Shown: positions 54,722 to 64,000 of the stretch, in pieces
Numbering within the stretch: position 1 is the first letter of the stretch
Layout of the letters: every line of letters starts with the position of its first letter
Translations under genes and position numbers: made by a program
The notes under the pieces: generated by a model
The model's input: only the letters and a program-made list of their open reading frames with translations
The model's database searches: none
Told to the model about the DNA's origin: nothing
Assembly (NCBI RefSeq): GCF_009834535.1
Contig: NC_045697.1
Location: 34,474,001 to 34,538,000 of the forward strand
From: Camelus ferus
Taxonomy: Eukaryota
Reading direction: 5' to 3'
Length of the DNA stretch: 64,000 nucleotides

Positions 54722-55599
54722 CTAAAGGGAAAGCAATATATAAAGAACAGGTAATTTGAAAATCATACATAATATGAATGTCATTACTACTTATTCACAG
54801 AACTTAGGGAAGTCAAAAGATAGCTTCTTTTCACTGTAAGAACAGAAGTATTCAAGAGTATCAACATTCTTGTGCAGAATACATTGTACTAAGACCTTGT
54901 AAGTTTATAAAGACAATGACCTTATTTAGTGAAATCAAGCTAAATTTTCTTGCCCTTTAGTTAATTATTCAATGACTTAAAATAGTTCCATAAGATAGTT
55001 TCTCTTCTATTTATCTACACAGAGATAGACATTAACCACAGGAATGGATCTGGTCAAATCATATCGTCAATTCAGGCAAAGAATTAATCTGGCTATTTTT
55101 AAAATTTAATTAAAATAAAACCAGTTCAATGTATAGATTAGTTTGGCAGTTATTTTCAAACCATAGAATGAGACACTAAAGGAGAGAAGCAGAGGTAGGC
55201 TAATGGCTTCTAGCTTTATTTCGTTACTTCCCTGATTTCCAATCTGTGACAAATACAGCTGTCTATGACCTACCCCAATTTTCATTCACAAACACAAGGC
55301 AACTACTTAAAAGTCCATCTTGCCATTCTGACCTCTCATATATCCAAACCTTGCAAAAAAAAATACAGACTACAATTGTCTTAAGGAAACTTAAGATTAT
55401 TACCTACTTAAGGACAAGTTTCAGTATATAAAAATAGCTCAAAACAAAATACATATTGTTGAAAAGCAATTAAAAGTCAAAATACTTCATTCAGTTAGGC
55501 AAATATTTCTCACTAAGTAATACCACGTGCCTATCTATCACCTTCCCAGTGGCAGTGGGGAAAAGACGATTATATGGTCCATGATGTGAGTAAGCCTTT

Positions 55600-57375
55600 A
55601 GAAATTTCTCTCACTGTGATGAGTAATAATGACCAGATTTACTCTCCTGCCTTAAACAACTGGAAAATCAGACAAAATACATGAAACAACAGTTTTCAGA
55701 CATTAGACAATTGGGCAGCACAGGACAAAAACCCCTATGAGAAGAGAAACAAACAAGGTGAGTCCTATGATAGCACAAACTTAGACCTGGAGGATTCCAG
55801 GCTGCAGCTCAGGGTGAAAGATCACAAGGAGAGTCCAGTGGTCTCACCAAGATGAGCAGACAAAATTCATAGTTCAGAGAAGTCAGCGTGGAGAGAATTT
55901 GTGGAGAAGTGTAGCATAAAATAGAAAGTTCACAAAGTCTGGGAACCAATCAAAAGTCACCCAGCACACAAAGAAGCAGGAAAACATAATCCAAAAGGAA
56001 AAGGAAAGTCAATCAACAAGAATAGAGCCAGAAATGACAGATGACAGAATTAGAAGACAAGGACATTAAAAAGGCATTAGAAGTACAGCCCAGATGTACA
56101 TTCAAGAAAATAGAGGAAAGCACGAGCATACAAAGAACAGATATGGAAGACATAAAAAAAAGATACAACTCCAAGTCTCAGAGATGAAAAAATATCATCT
56201 GAGATGAAAAAGCACATGATGGGATAAACAATGGGACTAAACAATGAAGACGAAAATTAGTAAACTTGAAGACAAAGTTATACACGCCAACATAAAATAT
56301 GGAAATTAAATAATAAACAGAGTATCAGTGACCTTTGGGACTTCAAGTAGCATGACATACACGTCATGGGAGTCTCAGAAGGCAATGGGTGGGAGGTAAT
56401 ATCTGAAGAAATAAAGATTGAAAATTTCACAAATTTGTTGAAAATTATAAATAGACCTAAGAAGCTCAACAAAAACTGAGCTAAGAAACATGAAGAAAAC
56501 TATACAAAGGAACAGCACACACGAACTGCTGAAGACTAATGATAAAAGAGAAAAATCTTAAAAAATAGCCAAAGAAAAAAGACATATTACATACAAAAGA
56601 ACAAGGATAGCAAAGATAATGGAGCAACATGTTTAACGTATGGCGGAAAAAATTCTAGCAAACTAAAATTCTACAGTAAGAATATTTCTCACAAACAAAA
56701 GCTGAAGATTTTTTATAAATGTTGGAAGAATTTATGAGCAGCACTACAAGAAATGTTAAAGGAAGTCCTTCAGACAAAAGAAAATTAAACCAGATAAAAA
56801 CCTGAACCTAAATAAAATGATGAAAAGCACCAAAAATTATTAATTTGATGATAAATATAAAACACTACTACTTCTTATTTTTTCAAACTCTTTAAAAAAT
56901 ACTTGACTGTTTAAAGCAAAAATAAAAACAATGTATTTGAGGTTTATAAAATATATGGGTATAAAATTGTCTGAGAATCGAATAAAGAAGTTAAAATGGA
57001 ATCATTGAAAAATAACACTCAATCAAATAAAAGACACAAAAGAGGGAAAAGGAACAAAGAAAAGATGGGCAAATAGAAGATAAACAGCAAAATGATAGAT
57101 TTAAATCCAACCATTTTATTAAAGATCACAATAAATGTAAATGACCTACACCTGAATTAAATGACAAAGATTGAATAAAACAATTATCTAAATGCTGTCT
57201 ATAAGAAATCTATTTTAAATATAAAGATATAAGTAAGTTAAAAGTAAAAGAATGGAAAAGACATACCATATGAACACTAAGCAAAACAAAGTTGAAATCA
57301 CTATATCTAATAGATTTAAGACCAAGGAATCTCACCAAGGAGATAGAGGGATAATTCATAAAAAAGGGACTCAAA
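55600..57375 (+). mobile_element. Ancient L1 5' region, ORF1 remnant and start of ORF2
   Basis: Purine-rich ORF1-like motifs (cagtgacctttgggac...ggagtctcagaagg; actacaagaaatgttaaaggaagtccttcag) and an endonuclease-start motif (aaaagtaaaagaatggaaaagacataccat). Confidence 0.7.
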
Positions 57376-57772
57376 AAAACCTGCAAATCTACAGACTCAA
57401 TAATATATTCCAGCTGGCCTCATACTGAACCAAATTTCTGTAAATAAGATTTGAAAACAGAAGTTAAGCCTCCACCATACCAAACGAACTATCACTAACA
57501 CGGCTATGATATTTTACAGTCAGGGAACAAAAACAGCCCAAGAACCAAGTCGAAAGAATTATATACAAGACAAACAGATACCCTTGTTATTTAAAAACCT
57601 TGGTAAGATTTCCTACAAATACAAACAATAATCTAGAATATTTATTAATATTTCATATGGAAAGCAAAGAATATGCCTGAATATTTGAGGAACAAGTCAA
57701 GATGGCATTTATCACAGGCCCAAAAAAGGAAAATTCAAGAGAATTTTAAAATCAGTTTTCCAAGCTTATTAC

Positions 57773-57895
57773 CTTTCTCCTACACTGATGCTTCTGACAG
57801 TCACGCATCTTAACACACTTAGTTTCACACAGGTAAGATTTATGACATGGCATTCGCTTTGTATGCTTTCCACAGCGACAATGCTTTTCCACTTC
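57773..57895 (-). CDS. NFXL1: NFXL1 exon (11 eq.)
   Basis: [41 protein letters not shown]; 123 nt; cag|...|gtaata. Confidence 0.95.
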
Positions 57896-58539
57896 CTGGA
57901 AGAATCAAATAATGCTATTAAAATTGACGTTTGTTGACATGATTTTTTTTCCACATTGCAGTCTCTATAATTACAAAAAATGAAAGAGAAAAGTTTTAAG
58001 AGTCTTTTGTATGAAAGACTTTAAAAAAAAATAAAGCTGAATTTCCTAAGACATTTATTTGTATTACTTTATTCCAAAAAGACTTCATGGAATTTCCATT
58101 ATTAAATTTAGTAAGAATTTGAAATTAAATAGTAAAATAATATCATACATTAAAATCCTTTACATCTAGTTACACCAAAACAACTGCACATCTAATTTCA
58201 GTAAAACAAGAAAACTGGATTACCCAGCAGTATTTCAAAACCAAAATGGCATCTAGGCCTTTTTTTTCCCCATCATCACTAGGCCTAATTCATCACTGCT
58301 CTGAATGTCTTCTGGGAACAAACAACCCCTCACCAGACTGAAAATGACAACATTCAAACTTTCATCAGGCAAAACAAGAAAAGGTAATTTCAGATTTAAT
58401 TACTGGCATACTCTCCTGTTTCTTCATCATAAATATTAGGTCATGACATAGATGTTTATGAAAACAATTACAGAACAATCCCATTTGACATATTATGACA
58501 GACAGCTCTTAAGAGTAATTATTACAGGAGATTACTAAC

Positions 58540-58664
58540 TTGTCTGCATGTTTCACAAGGACCTCGGTGACAACGCTGTGAACATCTGTGGATTCCACAT
58601 TCAAGTACTTTGTCACAACTATCTCCACAAGTTGGTACATCTTCTGTACAAGGCAAAGAAAACT
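58540..58664 (-). CDS. NFXL1: NFXL1 exon (10 eq.)
   Basis: (K)[41 protein letters not shown]; 125 nt; tag|...|gttagt. Confidence 0.95.
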
Positions 58665-59010
58665 CTAAAAGCAGACAGAAAGTCAGCATTAATGATAACA
58701 TTCATTATTATAAAGCCTTAATAATGTGCAATTTTCTTTTGACTTTCCAAAGAATGACAGCTCTTTCAGACTATGAATTTTTGCGTCTACATAATTATCA
58801 GGTAAAAGTTAACTTTGATGAAAATAATCCCTAATATTTTTCAAGTTTGTATTTTTAAAAAGAAACCCACACATGACAAGTTATCAAACTCAAGGAGCAC
58901 ATTTTTATGAGCTAATTACTTCAAAATTACCTTTCTAAAGAAATAAGACCATGTAAATCACTACAAAAATTTCTATAATATATAGAACAATAAAAAAAAA
59001 AATTGCTCTA

Positions 59011-59098
59011 GGCTCACACAGGCACCTCTCGTCTGTGTGGCCTGCTGCTGTCTGTGGTAGCATACCCCTAATAACCTTTTCCTTCCAAAATAAAAAAA
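59011..59098 (+). mobile_element. Short poly(A)-tailed retroposed element, copy 2
   Basis: Aligns to the reverse complement of ~7155-7235. A tail. Imperfect TSD AAAAAAATTGCTCTA (58996-59010) / AAAAAAATTTGCTTTA (59092-59107). Confidence 0.8.
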
Positions 59099-59674
59099 TT
59101 TGCTTTAAACAACATTATAGGTTAAAAAAAAAAGATCTAGATTTTAAAACACTATGAAACTGAGCTTCAACATAAACATATTATGAAAAATATTGATAAT
59201 AATCTTGTAAGCAAGTGTGCTGGTACTGATGCAGAGTCAGGACAGTGAACTCCAAATGCAACCCTTTATCTCAAAGTAGCCAAAATTAAATTCACCTATA
59301 ATCTAATACACAATAATGACAATAGCTTATGATAATGAGGTTTCCTGCATGTGCTGGGCACTATACTAAATACTTTATGTCCATTTTATCATTTAATTCT
59401 CACAATTATCTTATAAAGAAAGTACTATTATTGTCCCCATTTAACTTGAGAAAACTGCAGTTCATGAAGGTGGGATCTGAATCCAAATATGCCCAACTCC
59501 AGAATCTGAGTTCTTAATCCACTATGCTATATTGTCCTCTCATCCAAATATACAGAAATCTATCAAATTTATATTATTGTTGAAACTACATTATGAACTA
59601 CCAGAGAAACCTAATTTAATTAGGAAAATACTCTAATTAGCATAAACCCATTAAAGGTTAAAAAAAAGTCTTAC

Positions 59675-59789
59675 TTGACTTCTGACATGGACAGAACCTT
59701 TTCCCAGATCGAGGACACTCTCCACAAGCACCTACATGGCAAACCTGCTCACACGTATGATTACCACATGGCAGTGTTTTCCCACAAAC
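59675..59789 (-). CDS. NFXL1: NFXL1 exon (9 eq.)
   Basis: [38 protein letters not shown](K); 115 nt; tag|...|gtaaga. Confidence 0.95.
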
Positions 59790-60440
59790 CTAAAATAAAA
59801 TGCAATAAGCACTGATTAAAGACTTAAAAATTAACAAAAAACTCTGTACATGACATAATCATTTCTCACTCACCAATAAGCACTTCTTTATGTTCCTCAT
59901 ATTATTAAGCTTTATAGCTTACAGAGGCATAATATACATTATACTTATATATACATAACAGACATACACACATATGTATACACACACACATTTCTTATGC
60001 ACCAGAGAGTATATTTTAAAAATATAATAAAGGAAAAAAGAACATACAGTTTCATATGGCCGTTAACCAAAGATTTCCGAAAGGTACTAAAATCATGCCA
60101 ATTCCAAAACAAACAATCTAAAGAATCAATCTTACTTCCTCAATTGGATTAACTCAAGAAAAGGGAAAAGAGAAGGAGGGAGTGGGGACAGCTAGCAAGA
60201 AAGAGAGTACATATGTACTGAATCTGAAATTCAACAAATAGCTGTTAATTTAAAATAAAATTTCCCCTGGTAATTAAAACAATATTAAATTTTAAAAGTC
60301 CCCAAAATCATGAATAAAATTCCCCTGAGTTGCTATTCTTCCTCTCCTTTCATTCAACTAAACCTGATTAGTATTTCTAGTTGCTCATTATGCTTTCTGT
60401 ATACTTCAGTACACATCCCCCAAAATGCACACGCACTTAC

Positions 60441-60541
60441 TTGATCACAGTGCCACAGTGGACTTGCACAGCTTCTTTCAGCTACTTGTTTGCCACAGAC
60501 ACACTTTTGTCTACTAACTCTTGGACAGGGTGGACAACTTC
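60441..60541 (-). CDS. NFXL1: NFXL1 exon (8 eq.)
   Basis: (G)[33 protein letters not shown]; 101 nt; tag|...|gtaagt. Confidence 0.95.
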
Positions 60542-60641
60542 CTAAAATCAAAATGATGAATTAGGACAGAGCATTATAAGAACAATAGACTGCTTTCATT
60601 CTTGCTTAAGGTCAGAACACCTAACAGGTATGACCATTTAC

Positions 60642-60803
60642 CTGCATGACAAGGATTTTCACATTTATGTTGTCCACAAAGTAACTTCCGCCCACATGGC
60701 AGCTGACAGGACCATTCCTTAGCACTGCACCGACGAGGGATAGGTTTTGCTTTCCTACAGAAACAGGTAGTTGTGACCATCTTTGGACAAGGAGGGCAGG
60801 GAC
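60642..60803 (-). CDS. NFXL1: NFXL1 exon (7 eq.)
   Basis: (G)[53 protein letters not shown](G); 162 nt; tag|...|gtaaat. Confidence 0.95.
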
Positions 60804-60948
60804 CTAGAATCCAATGAAAGTTAAAAAAAAAAAAATCAGAAGCAAAAAGTTAAAATTTTCAGTTCCTACACCTACTGGCATTTTCTAAAGCTTTCCTTAC
60901 GGATACTTTAAAAGACAATCCCTTCCAATACGTTCCTACATAAATTTA

Positions 60949-61287
<339 letters not shown>

Positions 61288-61389
61288 TTAATAATAGAGT
61301 ATACACAATCACTTTTATCTTAATGTAACCTCTGCTCTATCTTTGTATTAGTAAGAAACAAGATTTTACTAAAATCAACTTCAACTATC

Positions 61390-61602
61390 TCGAACAGCTC
61401 TGCCAGATAATTTCCTGAGATGATGAAGGTGTTCTATACCTGCCATGTCCATTAGTAGCCGTTAACCACATATGGCGAGTGAGCACTTCAGACGTGGTTA
61501 ATACATACAACTCAGGAAGAAATGATTCTCTATTTCATAATTTTTAAACATTCAGATAACCACATATGGCCAGTTGCTACTGTATTACATAATACATATC
61601 TA
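61390..61602. mobile_element. MER3-like hAT-Charlie MITE
   Basis: gatgatgaaggtgttctatacctgccatgtccattagtagccgttaaccacatatggc...ccacatatggccagttgctactgtatt. Confidence 0.7.
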
Positions 61603-63354
61603 GAATACAGCTACAAAAAGAAAGCAATACTAGCTTTCTACTAACCACCTGAACTTTATATTCTTTCCAATTTTATAAAGCTCAATGTTTTAAAAGTTTG
61701 GCTGGCCAGTCTACAAATGAGCAAAATACATTAGCAATAGCAAACCAAAGAAAGAAATCAGGTTATGGGTAGGTAACACAGCAGCAAGAAACATGACTCA
61801 AGATCTAGAATTTATGTTAAATAATAACTTAATTAAAAATCACTATTACAAAAAAAATTTAGAATTAAGGGGAAAAATATTGAACATAAACAAAGAATTT
61901 CATATTTCTCAGCAACTAATACAAAATGGATATATTTCAAATGTGCCTAAGTTAAAAAAAAGTTCAAATACTGTTTCATATTCTCTGCTAAAATAGAAAG
62001 ATTTTTATCTAGCAAGATTAAAATGAAGAAATTTTGTTCCTAGAAGTGTTAACCTTCAGTTCTATTAAATTTGTTTGTAGGTCATAAATCACTTCATTCT
62101 CAAAAGAAGTGCTAACCCTACTATCCTCCAGACAAATAAGTTGTTAGTATACTACACTACAAGAACAATTTCACATCATCATTTAAATTTCTTTTGTATC
62201 ATATACAATATATTTTCATTTTCCTGAGAACATGTTCTGTTTCTAAATAAATGCCACATTAATACTCAGAGTAACCAAAAGATATCTGTTCTTGTAATTT
62301 AAAATCAAAAACAAAACACCATGTCTCATCTGGAATTAAAAAATGGAATTTTGTTGGAAGAATTAAAATTTCCTTTACTAAAAGAAAATTACTAAACTTA
62401 GATACAAGTGGCTTAAAAGCAACTCACTACACCTTAAAGCTGTCCATCAATATTGAGACTGAATTGTTCCAAGAGACTGGAGAGGGCAACAGGTACAAAT
62501 CCATGAGTTTTATTTAAAATAACAGCATGCCAACAATGAAATGTAATTATGCCATATCTTGTTTATAAACAAGCAATACCTCAGTAGAAACATGTGTTTT
62601 AAAAGTCTGATCTCTAGATAACAACTAATTTTAAAATATTGACATTTTTATCAAGTTCTAGCTTCATCTTGATGAGGAATGAACAAAATGTGTTCTTAAC
62701 CAGAATAGTCATTTATTTTCTTTCTTAGAAAATGTAAAGCATGGAAAGCAAAGATTATTACATATTTGATTCAATTTTGTCCCTTTTAGACTTAAGAGTG
62801 GTGGTTCATTCCTCTCTTAGCTGGTATTTTCTACCCTTGTGGCAAAATGACTACATAAAATAGAAATGAGAACAACAAAGTTGAGAAAGAGCACATTAAA
62901 GTTTAAATCTCTAAAATTAAGCCAGAATATCTCGTTTAAGTCTCTATTAAACACTACAATCCTTTCACAAAAAAATAATATGTAATACCAAACTAGTTGA
63001 TTTTGAAATTTTAAACTGTTTCAGAGAAGCCAATTTTTAATGAAGAGAAAACAAACAATATATCTAAAAGTAGTATTATGAGACTAAACTCAGAACAATA
63101 GAAAAAGAACTGAATTTAGAAATCAGAAATCCTAGGCTGCAAATCCTGGCTTCATTTCCTAAGGGTAAGTGAAGTCTGAACATACCATTTTGCTTTCATT
63201 AACTCCAATATTCCCATTGGTAATATGGGAATAAAATCACTGACATATGGTAGAAAATTATTTTTGCAAAGTAACTAGTATATCTAAAATGTTTTTTAAA
63301 ACTACACTACCCACAATTTAACAAATGTATCAGTATTTATGGTAATAGGGGAGG

Positions 63355-63625
63355 TCTGATGTGGATCCAGGTTTTCTGAAGACTGAATCTTACACAATTT
63401 GAGAGCTCTGTTAAGGAAAAGAACAAAATTACAAATAAAAAAATAGTTACGGGGGAGGGTGTAGCTCAGTGGTAGAGTGTGTGCTTAGCATGCACGAGGT
63501 CCCGGGTTCAATCCCCAGTACCTCCATTAAAAAATAGTAAGAATAAGTAAAGAAAGAAATAAACCTAATTACCTCCCCCCCCCAAAAAAAATAGTTACAA
63601 AAGTGAATATTAACATGAACACAGA
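63355..63625. mobile_element. MER53-like MITE interrupted by a SINE
   Basis: gtggatccaggttttctgaagactgaatcttacacaattt...aagaacaaaattacaaat, resuming aaaagtgaatatt after the SINE. Confidence 0.55.
63451..63584 (+). mobile_element. Young Vic-1-type tRNA-Ala(AGC)-derived SINE
   Basis: Intact A box TAGCTCAGTGG and B box GTTCAATCC; tail aaacctaattacctcccccc. Perfect 14-bp TSD AAAAAAATAGTTAC at 63437-63450 and 63585-63598. Confidence 0.92.
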
Positions 63626-64000
63626 GCTCCTGTAGTTTATCCTTCATTACCTTGACAGTAAGTCTACCCTCTGGGTTGCCAGTATGAATAAAATTTTTAT
63701 TGTCTTTATTTAGCAAAGATATACTATTTCCACTCCCCAACTCTTTATGAAAATATAATAGAAGTTCAAGATCAAACAATTATCAATAATAAGCCAAACT
63801 AATAAAATAAGTGTAAAAAATTTAATAATATTGGGTAATATACACCTGTAGTTCTGAGATATACCAAAGATAAAACTGGGAAGCCTACGATCAAAATTTT
63901 AGATGACAGTCTAGTACGATATAACACTAACAGGTACTAAAGGGTAACTAAGGAGCTGTTTTGCAGGGGAAAATACAGAGCCTGAATGATTTATTACTTA

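Noticed and set aside
63451..63526. Apparent tRNA-Ala(AGC) gene
   Set aside because: Has a SINE tail, A-rich end and TSD, an imperfect acceptor stem, and three diverged paralogues in the window.

Overview
Mammalian genomic DNA, probably camelid (alpaca/camel lineage), judged from four tRNA-Ala-headed Vic-1-type SINEs. Both genes are on the minus strand. The right part holds 18 coding exons of NFXL1 (equivalent to human exons 6-23, 61216->26429). About 6.5 kb downstream is the CpG-island promoter of CORIN with two alternative first exons (human-type E1 at 19960->19889, mouse-type long exon at 19656->19381); CORIN intron 1 then runs off the left edge. The rest is L1, L2, MIR, MaLR LTR and hAT/Tigger relics. 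Main observations: (1) a +1 frameshift in an otherwise intact NFXL1 exon; (2) both orthologous CORIN start codons are changed (ATG->ACG, rescued by an ATG 3 codons upstream; ATG->GTG in front of a still-open 92-codon exon); (3) two copies of a short, hairpin-rich, AATAAA/poly(A)-tailed, TSD-flanked retroposon that is not tRNA-derived; (4) two locally templated insertions inside old repeats. Gene and repeat names come from my recall of orthologous and consensus sequences, not from database searches. Boundaries of old repeats are approximate.
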